A program made the position numbers and the translations under genes. Of a DNA stretch of 64,000 nt, positions 51,051 through 63,213 are shown piece after piece. Under the pieces are notes generated by a model. That model saw only the letters and a program-made list of their open reading frames with translations. It was not told the DNA's origin and searched no databases. This DNA comes from Hypanus sabinus (taxonomy: Eukaryota): contig NC_082732.1 in the NCBI RefSeq assembly GCF_030144855.1, positions 23,870,001-23,934,000 of the forward strand. The letters run 5' to 3'. How positions within the stretch are numbered: the first letter of the stretch is position 1; each line of letters starts with the position of its first letter.

Positions 51051-51145
51051 TGTGCCAATATGTGTTCTCTTTTGTAACTATATATTTTAGCTACTCTTTA
51101 AATTGTACAGATGGTAATTAAGGATTTTCTTGTTCTGTTTTGCAG

Positions 51146-51160
51146 GATGAATCGACATAG
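51146..51160 (+). CDS. MICOS10: MIC10 coding exon 4 (DEST-stop), completing a 78-aa protein
   Basis: Polypyrimidine tract plus TTTTGCAG| acceptor, then GAT GAA TCG ACA TAG. The exons sum to 64+48+110+15 = 237 nt, the same protein length as human MIC10. Confidence 0.88.
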   Translation, partial: DEST

Positions 51161-51285
51161 TGTTATTTTTTTCAGACCGTACCTGTTGCTGCGGATCATT
51201 TCTGCCTTTGTGTTTGCGATCAAAATTCTTAATGCTGTACTTTGTTTAATTTTACTTGTCAAACGTCTGCACTAGTTTTGTCATT

Positions 51286-51291
51286 AATAAA
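51286..51291 (+). terminator. Proximal polyadenylation signal of MICOS10 (further AATAAA at 51811 and about 51862)
   Basis: AATAAA 125 nt after the stop codon, followed by T/GT-rich sequence. Confidence 0.6.
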
Positions 51292-53629
51292 GAGTTAACA
51301 GTTTATTGTCCCCAGTTTCTTCCATTTGTATGCATCAATAGATCAATGGTAAGGGCAAAGACTAACAGATGGGCTCATCTGGAAAATTGAAATGATGATC
51401 GCTGGTGAAGTGAACAAGTGAGGTGAAGTTATGAAAATAAGTTGTCTTGATTGCCTGATCATGGATTAAATTTTATTTTAATTTATTTAATTGCCTTCCT
51501 ACTGGGGTATTTTTGTCTGTTCTTTTCTTTCTTGTGGTGCTGTTCTGATTAAAAGCCTTTTACTTATACAGAAGCTGAGCAAAGGTGCATATGCCCACAG
51601 CTGGAGTTATTAAAAGAAAAGCTAGTTCTTGCTTTCTTGTGAAGCCAGAGCAGTACAACACACACACACAGCCTCTGCTCTCCCTAACAGCCATCCCTGG
51701 AGGGCATTCTAAATCACTCCTGTGTTTATAGTCAGAATATATGCTGAGCTTCTGGTTTGGAATGTTCTTTCTGTGCAATCTCTGGAATCTAGAACCACTG
51801 TGTATCTAACAATAAATTTCAGTGTGATAATATATTGCTGCTAAATGCAGTCCAGGCTGGTAATAAATCAGCTCAATTAATGCTTTGCATTGGAGAGCAA
51901 AATTACAAAGGTTGACTGCGGATTTACTACAGTGAAATTATATAGTCACCTCTGTAATAGACAGTCTGCTATAAGTCAAATGTTAACAGTACATTTTCAA
52001 ATAATTCTTACTGAGTGTCCTGTCCACAATGCATGTGGATTCCCAGTCCATAATTTCAGTGTATTGATGGCTATGATTTGCTGTTTAACACTTACTGAAA
52101 TAAATCCTTGTTGGTATATACACAAAGTGCTTTTTACGAAATTTGCATAAGCCTGTAATTGCCCTGTAATTTTTTTTGTGTGTGTGTTGCTGTCACAAGA
52201 GTTCAGTGATTTTAAAAAACGATAATCTGCTAGAAAGTAGGAAAGAGAAAGGCATTTTCGGTGTGCTGTCCCTATTCTTGAAGAACATTAATTTTCTCTG
52301 CACATTATTGTCAAATTTTCTGGGTATTTTCAAACTACGCTGTCCTTCCTGGAAAAACTTCTGTTGATTACTTTATTATTTCAGGGTGTGTTTTGTATTG
52401 TCAGTTGCCCGTACAAACTGGGCAGTTAACATGCATGACAATATTAGCAGCAGAATGAGGCAGCCTTCCCAGTATAGTTCTTGCTGCTGAAATCTATGGT
52501 GGCACTGTAGATGGATTACTGAGCTAATGATAAGCAGACGTAAGTTTGTATCCCTTAGTGTCAGCAGGAGAATGAAATTCTGTTAAATAAATGGAATTAA
52601 AAAGCTGGTGTCCCATGAAATTTCTGGGTGATAATAAAAAACATATGTCTGTGTAGAAGGTTAATCAGCATTCTTTATTCTTGAGAAGAATTCATAGTGG
52701 GATGAAACGGCTTTAACAGCAATTTCCCCAACGATTCACTTTTAAAGGTTAGAAGTGCAAACCTTATTTGAGTTTAATGGAGTTTCTGTGAGTGGCTACA
52801 CAAATATCCAATTAAACATGAAAGTGATGAGTTACCTTCCAAGCTACAAACTGATTGCAATAGTCCTTTATAAAACAGCTTTATAAAGGAAGTTGCTGAC
52901 ACTAGATTTCATCACACCTGATGATTTGTCTTAAGACTGTGTTAGCTGATACTAACTACTGAACTTGAATTAAGCCAACATCAAGAGTAAATTACTGTTT
53001 ATGAATATTGATTCACTGGATAAAGTTGAAGAGAGCTTCACTGAGTCCTGCTGGAAGGTTGCAGAATGTTGTGGTTAAGAAAAGAAAACCAATTTGGGGT
53101 TTGTTCTCCGGTTAGGTTTATTATCATACTTTACCTGTTCTTTACCATACTTGTACATGAAAGATGCATTACAGGTTCAATCTCAGCTTTAAAGACCTGT
53201 GTATAAAGCTGGCTGTTCCACTTTTCAGACTCACACCCGCTGAGGTATGAGGTGACTAGTTGTCATTGGGAAATACAACCATCAGCCTGTCAGTATGGCC
53301 GCAATCTGAAGTGAATGTGGTTGAAAATTACCCCAGGATTTGTCCAAATAATTAATCTCGAAGACTACAAAAAGGTGTGACGACATTGTGGTCACCAAAT
53401 TACACATCCTCAGTAATAAAATGATGCATTGTATTTCAAATAATCTTGTTTATTGAGTAATTTTAGGGAAAATTTCCTCATTTAGAAGCAAATGTTGATA
53501 GTCTGTTCTAAATCATATCTGCTTAATGTGAAACAAAGTGTAATAATCTAAGTGCCAGCATAATGACTCTTCCAGTAATGCTTATCTCTATCTCATTTTG
53601 GGACTGAGATACAGAAAAGTAGAAAGCAG

Positions 53630-54115
53630 CCAGTTTTGGCTCCTAGATCTTAGGAAGGATCTGCCAGCATTGAGAGGGTCCAGAGCAGCTCTTGGAGAAT
53701 GATTCTGGAAATGAAAGGATTAACTTTGTAGAGCCTTTGATGGCTCTGGACCTGTACTCACTGAAATTTAGAAGAATGAGGGGGACATCTCATTGAAACT
53801 TGCAATGGACCTGGGAGGTGTGAATGTGGAGAGCATGTTTCCAATAGGGGGAGAGTCTAGGACAAGAGACCACATTCTCAGAATAAAAAGGATGTCTCTT
53901 TAGGACAGATGAGGAAGTTCTTTAGGCAGAAGATAGCAAGTGTGGGGAATTAATTGGCACAGATGGCTGTGGAAACCAAATAATTGATTAGTATTGGCCT
54001 TGAAAGTTATGAGAAGGCAGGAGAATGGGGTTGAGAGGGATAACAATTCAGCCATGAGGAAATAGTGGAGGAGCTCAATGAGCGGAGTTGTCTAATCCTG
54101 CCCCTATGTTTTCTA
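53630..54115 (+). mobile_element. CR1 LINE 3' fragment
   Basis: CTGTACTCACTGAAATTTAGAAGAATGAGGGGGA (LYSLKFRRMRG) followed by 3' UTR. Confidence 0.8.
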
Positions 54116-54249
54116 ACATGAGGCATCTGGGTAACATGGTTATCAAATTGATTTTTTTGTTCAATAACTTTCGCTGGGATGTGCCAATTCATTTACTGTG
54201 GCATTTTTGAAAGATTGAAGTTTTAGGAAGAGTTTGCATTATACACAGA

Positions 54250-54480
54250 TGGCACAACAGGTAGTGTTCCTCTGCAGCTCAAGTAATCCGACCCTGTGTT
54301 TTGTGTTTGCGGTTTTCGCATTCTTCCTGTGTACGTAATTTGACGGTTGTGTTCCTCCTCCCCCCCCCCCCCCCCCACCAATGAACATGCGAAAAGAAAT
54401 GGATTACAGGGAAGTAATGGCTAATGTAAAAGCTTGGAGCTGGGATAGAATTGATGGGCTAAATGGCCTTCCCTCTACAC
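54250..54480 (+). mobile_element. Decayed tRNA-derived SINE
   Basis: GGCACAACAGGTAGTG head and GGGCTAAATGGCCT tail. Confidence 0.4.
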
Positions 54481-54935
54481 ACTTCAAAAGGAAATTGTGA
54501 ACAATATCTCTAGCTGATTCCCACTCTACGGGAGAAGGGGAGTGTTCACGCTTAATAAAACGGACTTCTCAAGCTTGCTGTAATCAAGAATGAAGTGCTG
54601 TGATACAGGTAATGTAGTACACACTTCCGCAACCTAATGTATCTGCGGTATCGTTTCTCAGGGTCAGGTACAACATTTGGTATCAACTGCCCATCATTTA
54701 GGCGCTTTCCAGGCATTCTGTCTGTGAGTTATTGTCCGCATTAACTTCCTTTTGCTGCCGTTATCTGTATCAAAGTGCCATGTCTCACTGGCCAGCATTT
54801 CCTCCCTTTCTTGGAGGTGGGGGCGTGCTGTGGGCTCAAACCCCACTTCAGCGTTCAGAAATCAATTTGATGCCAAGAGGAAGCTGGGCTCCGTCGGAGC
54901 TGCCGTCTTTAGGTTATGACTTAAATCAAATCTTC

Positions 54936-55041
54936 CAGGCGCTCCCAACCTTTTTTCATGGCATTAGCCATTAAGCAAAAGGTCCGTATATCCCAGGTTA
55001 ATGATAGAGGTCCATGGCATAAAAATGGTTGGGAGCCCCTG
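54936..55041. mobile_element. Small hAT-type MITE
   Basis: Inverted ends CAGGCGCTCCCAACC and GGTTGGGAGCCCCTG. No matching TSD was found. Confidence 0.6.
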
Positions 55042-55331
55042 CCCTAGTCCCTAGCCATCATTTCGAAGAATAATCTCTGATTTCTCAAACGCCTTTACTA
55101 AAATTCGATTATTCCGTTATTATCCTATCGCGCTTTGGGGGAGTAAATTTTCTCACTGCGTTGTGTACGCAGGATTTTTAAAAATCTACATCTTTAAGAC
55201 ATGCAAGTTATCAGTCATAACTTCCCCCTTGCACCGATTTCCTCGTTACTGCCGCCGACATAGTTTCCCTCGGGCCTCTACCTTAGCCAATGGAATATGT
55301 GATCAAAGAGAAATCTCGACAGCGTTCAGAA

Positions 55332-55440
55332 CGTAACACAAGAAATTCTGCAGGTGCTTGAAATCCAGAGTAACACACACAAAATGCTGGAGGAACTCGG
55401 CAGGCCAGGCAGCATCTATGGAGGGGAATAAATAGCAAGT
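55332..55440 (-). mobile_element. Penelope-like terminal-repeat tail fragment
   Basis: ACACACACAAAATGCTGGAGGAACTCGGCAGGCCAGGCAGCATCTATGG. Confidence 0.8.
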
Positions 55441-55469
55441 TCTTGGCGTATAGGGCACTGAGAACCGAG

Positions 55470-55815
55470 CGTATAAGATCACGAGAAGGTGTTCGGACTT
55501 TCCCAGGGTTTGGGCGTGAAGAACGAGAGGGTGGAGGGTCAAGGTGAGAGTGGAACGGTTCAATGGGAGAACTTCAGAGGCAACCTTTTGACACAAAGTT
55601 CGATGTTTATTCAGAGAGAGCTGCCAAAGGAAGCGGTTGAGACAGGTACAGAAGAAACTTGTATGTGGGGAAGAAAAATAAAGTTGGACAGGGAAATGGA
55701 TTGTAAACGTTTAGACGGTTACAGACCAAGCGCTGGCAGATGGGACTACCTTGGACGGGGCTTCTTGGTCCGCAAGGACTAGATGGGCCGATTGGCCTGT
55801 TTCCGCGCTGTGTTA
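55470..55815 (+). mobile_element. Old CR1 3' fragment
   Basis: AGAGGCAACCTTTTGACACAAAG...GAGCTGCCAAAGGAAGCGGTTGAG...GGGCCGATTGGCCTGTTTCCG. Confidence 0.65.
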
Positions 55816-57369
55816 ACACGCGTGCTTGCATGTTCCCTTTAGGTTACTTATTGGATGAAGAGGGACAGGAGTCTGTACATGATAAATCTATTAACCTCGC
55901 CAGTGTCCCTTCGCGGCGGCTACGGGGCTAACGGTTCTATCGTGCTTCAGTGAGCAATGAATCTACTCGCTATCCTTCCCCTCGTTGGTTGAAAATGTGC
56001 GAAGTACTCTCGGAATTACATCGTCTGATTACATTTCTTGCTATTCCATCGGTGCCAATTCGGTACCTCTCTAATCAACTCAGGCTACGCCACAAATCCC
56101 TCACCCTGGGTAGTAAATAGCAGTCGTAGGAAGTGAGGGGTGTGCAGACCACGCTCAGACCGCAGAAAGATTTTAAATGAGACCGTAGGATATAGGAGCA
56201 GAATTAGGCCATTTGGCCCGTCGAGTCCAGATTTCCTCTCAGCGCCAATCTCCTGCCTTCTCCCTGTTTCCCTTCATGCTCTCAGTGAAATAAAATGTAT
56301 TTTTCTAAAGGAACGACGGGAATAGATTACTTTATCATGATCTCATGTCCAGATATGGCCTATTTCTGTACTCTAACCTCCTACTCCACGTGCAAATATA
56401 TAACCCATTGGGCTGTTATTTTGTGGAGCTAACCAGCTTTTCCTAACAGCAGCAACGGGCAAACACTATACCACTACCGGGAGGCTCCGTGCATTACCCC
56501 GTCACTTACACTGCCTCTGTGTTTCGCAAATCATTATGGAACCAGTTCGCACTCCCCCCCCCCCCCCCGTCATTTCTTGAACTAATTCTCGGGGCTTCGT
56601 CTCTCACTCTTTGGAAACACAGCCTGCCGACCTCCACTCATCCAAAACCTCAGAGACGAGCCCTTGTCAGATAAAATGGACTCTTAACCTCACAATCTAC
56701 CGTGCGCATGATCATTTGACTGCACTGCACTTCCTCCGCGACTGTGATACTTCATTCTACACCTTGTTATTTATTACCGCCCATACCCCCTCTGCTTCGC
56801 TCTCCCACCCTCCATCACCCTACTCGTGTGAATCACACCCAAAGCAAAGTCCAGATCAATAAATCCCTTCCAGATCTCACCTTCCTTTCCCCATCGCGCA
56901 ATCTCATTAACTCCATAAAAGTTCCTCTCCCCGATTCTAAGCTTCTTAGTCAGCCAAACACTCAGCCGGTTTTGGGCCGAGTATTCAAAACGTGTCAATT
57001 CCTTTCTCCAAGTATTTCTCTCCACCTGCAAACCAGATCCAGGACACGGCTTTTGTTCTGCCGTAGTAAATCCTCCCTGAGCTCACTCCCCAACACACAC
57101 ATTTGGCGCTCCCCTGGGTGTGAGGTACCGCGGGGTTTTACCGAGCACGGAAACAGGTTCTGCGGTCCGGCTAGATCTTCCGACCACGATGCCCCTTCTA
57201 AGCTCATCTCATTTGCCCGCGCCTGGCCCATAACCTCTACAACAGAGGTTCCGAAGCACGGACCCCTTGCTTTATAGGTCCAAGGCGCAAAAGATGTTGG
57301 AAACCCCCACTCCAAAATATTTCCTTTCTATGTCCCTGTCCGTGTCCTTTCAATGTGCTTAGGTCAAAG

Positions 57370-57590
57370 GAAATGCACGATGCCGGAAATCCAAAGCAAG
57401 ACAGACAGACAGACAGACAGACACAATATGCTGGAGGAACTCAGCAGGCCAGGCAGCGTCTATCGAAATGAATAAACAGTGGACGTTTCGGGGCGAGACC
57501 CTTCTTCGGGACAGATAAGGGTAAGGGGGAAGATGCCAGATTAAAAAGGCGGCGGCGGTGGTGGGTAAGAGGATAGCTAGAAGGAAAAGG
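57370..57590 (-). mobile_element. Penelope-like terminal repeat with mutated hammerhead core
   Basis: The - strand at about 57482-57509 reads CCGAAGA-A-GGGTCTCGCCCC-GAAAC-GTC (U4 changed to C). Confidence 0.75.
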
Positions 57591-60500
57591 TATAGCTATT
57601 GCCTAAACGAGGAGTTGGTGTATTGTTGAAGGAGGGAGCGATGCTACCCTTTGATTGGAGAACTTACTCTTCATGTGCGTCCTTGTCCTGACAAATTCCC
57701 TGAATGTGTTACTTTAAAATAAAACTTCTTAATGTTCTGAATCGTCTCGAACATCGTTAACACTGATGCTATTTTTGCGCGGGGAAAACAAGGTATGGAA
57801 CCACATTAAGACGTAAAACAGCTATTTTGCCCGTAAAATCAACAACAGTGAAGCCATCAGCTTTCCGCTTTCTGGATGACATGGGGATGGGAGCTGCACT
57901 GAGGCGGTTAGTGAGGATTAGGCCGGGAGCTGATATCAAAGCAGCCGGCTCCAACGCGCATTCCAACGGTGAGGATCAGGACTGCTCCCGGACCTTGTGT
58001 TTCCTCCAGGGCGCGTTTCCGCTCCTTGCAGCTGTTCCACTTTTAATTACCCGTCCCCCTTTGACAAATCCGTTCAGGTTGCACGCACTCCTGAGGGGAG
58101 GGGGGGGGGGTGCGCTACCACTTTGGTAATACCGCGTACTGCTTCAATCTCCCTGACAAAGTAACTCCGGCACCGCCCATTGTGATTAGGTTTTAGGAAA
58201 GCGCCAGTCCGGTGTGCAACATAATATAAAAATGTATTCCATTTACACGGCGTTGTTAGACTAGTAACTCCTTGTTCCATCTATTCGCTGCTTCTGAACT
58301 GGGGGAATCTGCCGCACTTTAAGTAATTTGGAAATAAATTGACAGAGAAGGTCCGGCACTTCCCAAGGCTTCGAGCAATATTTTTACCCCCAGCTAAAGG
58401 TAAAGCGCCTTCGAGTGCCCGCTTGTTGATTTTTTTTTTGCTGTAGTTCTGTCCTACCCCTGGCCGTGCGGACGCACAAGAGATTCCAGGATCAGCGCCT
58501 CCTGCTTTCTGTTACGCAGTCCGATGCCTACATGCACCCGGCGGTGAGGTTCAGCGAGGTATTCAGCTGGGAGGGGCGTCAAAGCTGCGCCCAACCTCGT
58601 CCTCCAACTTCCCTTATGTGGACGTTTTTCCAGCGGGAGTCATTCTCCGGTGGCCGAGCTGAGAGCCTGGCCATCGCCCCGCTCTCTCGCCCCGCTGCAG
58701 TATCACCCACTGGATCTCCGCGTTCTCTCAATCCGACCCCGCTTACATGCCCAGCGGTTGGCGCTCTGTGGATTCATTTGCAAAGAAACGAGCGGAGAGG
58801 CTGAAATGGTGCAACTTGATTTTAATGCCAATTTTCACCGACGTTGAACGCGGAGCAAATTCTTTCTGTAAAAGTTGATGGGCTTGTCGAATCACCAGTA
58901 CTGGAAGGTATGGGAATCCGATTATTATGCACAGTATAGATACTGCCGAAAACAACGATGCAAGTTTGCCAGTTTTTGCGCCGCTTGTAGATTCCAATCA
59001 GTTGTTGCAGATAATTTTAAATTTCGCTTGCCGGATGTAAAACTAATAGAGCTTATTGTAGAACTCCCCCGGGCAAATCAATGAGCGAATATTACGTTTA
59101 CATTAATAAGTAGGAGTCTGGCTCCGGGTTCTGGAGCGGTCGACCTAACTCGGAAAGAGATAGGGGTTTGGATTCCGTGCAGGGTCCCCACTTCGGACCA
59201 CCAACCAGTGAATGCTGCTGCAAACTTTGGACACCCTTATTGGACAAGGAGGGGGCAGGAACTGGCGGCCGTGTGCTCCATTGTCAATCAGCTACTCGAC
59301 TGCCAAACGGCCCTTTGGCCGTGGTATTAGAAAACATCTCTTAATTGGAGGGAAAACAGTGGGTGGAGAAAATAAATCATACTTTGGTTCCGCTCATGCT
59401 TGTACCGAACTCACGGTAAGAGACTCAGTCAATTTGCAACTTACCGAGCCCGGGTTGTTTCACTGCGGTCAAGAGTTAAATACAATTTCAGTTTGGGTCT
59501 TCGGGTTTAATGTTTGTGACTCAAGTACGGAAGTAATTTTGATCCTCGGAGTTCATCCCATTGTTTAGTGAGCGAAGCCTTGGAGAGCGGTGGAGACGGC
59601 ACGACCTTACAGAGGAGGGTTGATAGCTTGGCACTTGGCTTCAGGTTTGTGGGGTGAAGACCCGCTCTGTCTGTGGCAAGGTCCTTGCTTTTCCTTCTGT
59701 CCACTCCTCGGGACAGTGGGCGACTGCACGAAGCAGGTAGTGGACACAACATTCATCGGTAGTGTCTGGTGAAACCGCCGTACTAGTTCAAGTGCAGGAC
59801 GCTTCTAGGGCTGGTTTCGAAGCGATACGTTAGGGCACAAGGCAGGCAAGATAAAAACCCGCGTCTGATACATGATGTATCACAGTCACAATGGGCAGAG
59901 CAGGGGGACTGGTACCTCTAATGCCATCTAACGCTGATGTCAAGGAAGCTCCTAAAATTTAGTCCAAATCTAATCGGAGAGCACAGTACTAAATATGGAA
60001 AACGTTGCGTCCTTCAGCATTATTGAATAACTTTGCATCAACGCTAATATTAGAGTTCTGTTGCTGTACATTGTTATTGTATTCTTTCACATCGCCTCCC
60101 CCACACCTTCTCCTTTGCTGCCCGCCCGAGGCATTCCTTGTCCGGAGACTCCCGGGACCACGGGCTGATTTTTTTCCACTCCCTCCTTGATCTCGCTGGT
60201 CGACGATGGTCTGACATTGGGAATCCACGCGTTGTGGGCAGTCGCTGCCGTGTCCTTCCCCGTGCCGCTCCACCATACGGACTTGGACGTCGGCTGGTTT
60301 AGTTCAGGGTCGGCGTATGGGCCGGTTATAAGAGGCTCGGAAGGTTTATCCCGGGCTGGCACAGGGGTTCTGCCGAGAGTCAATCCAACCTGCTGAGAAC
60401 GAGGAAATTTCTTTGCACACGGGCAGTCTCTGGGTTGCTTGGTCAGATGTAGGTATTTACCGACTTCCCCAAAACCCAGCACAGGGTTGTGGATGGACAC

Positions 60501-60726
60501 GTATTCTCTACGGGAAAGAGGGTCTCCTCGTTTCTCAGAACTTCTTCTTATAAAACAAAAAAAACAGAACCAGTAATCGAGAGAAGGGCAGGGGTCGATA
60601 AAGTCCTTTGGGGCGTTCTCAGAACTTTCCCTTTCCCCCACTTCGCAACGGACTAGCCCCGTCCTATGCCCTCCCCGCTGCCCCATTTCCCTAGTGTTAT
60701 CCTGTGAGGCTGACCCTCATTCATAC

Positions 60727-60965
60727 GGTGGGGGGGGGGAGAGGGAGAAGAGAGAGGGAGGGAGGGAGAAGAGGGAGAGAGGAGGAAGAGAGAGGTAGCG
60801 GAAGAAAGAGAGACAGGGAGAGCGACAGAGAGATAGACAGAAGAAAGAGAGAAAGCGGGAGAAAGAGAGAGAGAGACAGATAGAGAAGAGAGAATGAGAG
60901 AGAGAGAAGACAGAAAGAGAGAGAGAGAGTAGCGGGAGAAAGAAAGAGAGAGGAGAGAGAGAAAG
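60727..60965 (+). repeat. Purine-rich (GA)n low-complexity tract
   Basis: About 240 bp that are almost entirely G and A. Confidence 0.95.
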
Positions 60966-61259
60966 AATTTTGTTTTGCTTAATCCCAGGAGAATTCAACA
61001 CCGGACACTCTCTTGTAACTAAAAGGTTAACAAATAATGAGAGAAAAAAAGTTATGTTGAAACCAATTTCTGCAGATTTTGCCCCTGCGGCTCTAAAATT
61101 GGTTTCCGCGCTGGTTCACAGCTGGAACCCTTGCCCAGACAGTTCTTTCTCAGTTGGGACTCTCCAGAGATCATCTTCCTCCTGGGGATCATTCCTGCTG
61201 GGATCACGCTTCCCGGGGTTCACTCCTGCTGGCATTCCTCCCCCCCCCCACCCCCGCAC

Positions 61260-61435
61260 ACAGTAGTTCGATTCCCTGCTGGGACCCCCTATCCCAGGGC
61301 AGCTCCGGACTTCCAGTCAAAGCTGCAGCGAGCGAGCGGCCGGCGAGCCTCTTCCAAACAGCCCCGGCGAAAGGCGTCCGATCCCGGACCTTGCGGGGAA
61401 CCGGAGCCCCAGGAGGAGTTGAGGCCGGGCACACG
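61260..61435 (+). other. Probable non-coding first exon of the next + strand gene (candidate NBL1 by synteny); 5' boundary uncertain
   Basis: GC-rich, ATG-free stretch ending at donor ACG|GTGAGA in the densest part of the CpG domain, followed by (GT)n and G-runs. The human order is CAPZB(-), MICOS10(+), NBL1(+). No NBL1 coding sequence was seen. Confidence 0.45.
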
Positions 61436-62109
61436 GTGAGAAGGCAGCGGGTCTCACGGTCGCCGAGCTGCGGGGACTGCCTGTCCTTGTAGTTTGCCGG
61501 GATGCCTCTCCTGAGCGGCAGAGAGCCAGGGGTGTTTGGGGCGTTGGTGGAGGAGGTGGAAGAGAGGGTCGAGAGCAGGGCAGTGTGTGTGTGTGTGTGT
61601 GTTTGGGGGGGGGGGGTTAATATCCCCGGGGAATATGGCTTAGAAAATTGGAACCATCCTGCCTACGCGTTCTCTCGTCCCCTCCCGAGGGGAGCGGTTC
61701 GGGGTGGGGGAGTGGGGCAGAGACTCGGCAGTTCTCTCTGACTCTGGCGTCAAATCTAACCCATTCCTGGCCCGAGATTAAACAATTGAAACGTCAGCAA
61801 CACCGAGTATTGATATTCCGAAGATATCAACTTTGGAACGATTTTCAGGCGCCACCTCTTCACCATGAACATAAATTAAATGTGAAACTGCGCGTTTTCT
61901 CGCCCGCCAGGGTTAAACCCACCCTTCGGCCCGTCACCACCGGGATTGCTCTGTGTTTGCCGGGGGCATCGACGACCTAAATCTCAAGGCTTTATGATTA
62001 TCTCTCACCACCGAACATCCATCTGTCATAAGTAGCAGTTCTGTCTCATTCTACGGAAAAAATAGACCCCATGCAATTTATGTAGGAATTTGAGAGGCTA
62101 TTTGATTGA

Positions 62110-62392
62110 AAAGAATATTAATTCCTGAGAGATCTGGACAGGATAGTCGTGGAGAGGATGCTAACTCTCATGAGAGAATCTAGAACTAGGGGTCACTGTT
62201 CATAAGTAAGGGGTCGTCCATTTAAATCAGCAACGAAGCGATTTTCTTGAGTGCTTGGGAGCTCTTCCTTAAAATGTGGTTGAAAATTTTAAGGGAGAGG
62301 CAGGAAAATGGTTGTCGGATGTGGGGGTGGGGAATGGAAGTAACTGGGAATGGACAGGAAAGTAGAGTTTAATCGGACATGATCTTATTGAG
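62110..62392 (+). mobile_element. Old CR1 3' fragment
   Basis: GAATCTAGAACTAGGGGTCACTGTTCATAAGTAAGGGGTCGTCCATTTAA. Confidence 0.6.
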
Positions 62393-62515
62393 ATCTCGAT
62401 GAAGGGTCTCAATCGGAAATGTCGGCCCTGTGTTCCTCTCCATGGATGCTGTCCGATTTACTGAGCTCCTCCAGCATCTTGTGTGTGTTACTCTGGATTT
62501 CCAGCCGCTTTGTGT
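62393..62515 (+). mobile_element. Penelope-like terminal-repeat fragment with degenerate hammerhead core
   Basis: TCGATGAAGGGTCTCAATCGGAAATGTC...CTCCAGCATCTTGTGTGTG. Confidence 0.7.
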
Positions 62516-62929
62516 TGAATAGCAGAGCCGACTCGAAGGCCCCAATTGGCTCCTCCTTCCAAATTAGTTGTACTTAGTTAAAATTCTTTATGCAAAATAT
62601 TTTTGTACTCTGTAGCAAAATATAGAGTCGAAATTTAATGCACCAGCCACAAATACGGAGTGGGTCTGGCGTTTGCTCCTGGAACGTCAAAGTTTCAAAC
62701 CCTCATTTTAATGCTAGGAGTATGCTTACAAACAAAAGCAGGGAAGCTTAAGCGATTTTCTCGTCGGGTGCTACCGGAGGCCGGGAGACCGCGGTATAGT
62801 GTCCAACCGAGTCCCAGGAATGAGTAATGAAAGAGTGGGAACAACGCCAGCTAATGCGTCTGAAATAAAAACCGGGAACACTCATCGGGTCGGGCAGCAT
62901 CCACGAAGCAGCGGAACACAGTCAACGTC

Positions 62930-63213
62930 ACAGTCACAGTCAAGAATAAGGGGTAGGCCATTTAGAACAGAGATGCGGAAACACTTTTTCACCCAGAGAG
63001 TGGTGGATATGTGGAATGCTCTGCCGCAGAAGGCAGTGGAGGCCAAGTCTCTGGATGCATTCAAGAGAGAGTTAGATAGAGCTCTTATAGATAGCGGGGT
63101 CGAGGGATATGGGGAGAGGGCAGGAACGGGGTACTGATTGTGTATGATCAGCCATGATCACAGTGAATGGCGGTGCTGGCTAGAAGGGCCGAATGGCCTG
63201 CACCTATTGTCTA
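62930..63213 (+). mobile_element. Young CR1 3' end
   Basis: Open frame RIRGRPFRTEMRKHFFTQRVVDMWNALPQKAVEAKSLDAFKRELDRAL plus 3' UTR. Confidence 0.9.

Noticed and set aside
56744-57277. 177-aa ORF
   Set aside because: No domain is recognised, the composition is biased and it partly overlaps repeat remnants.
60087-60686. 199-aa - strand ORF
   Set aside because: There is no recognisable homology or splice structure, and it lies in GC-rich island sequence.
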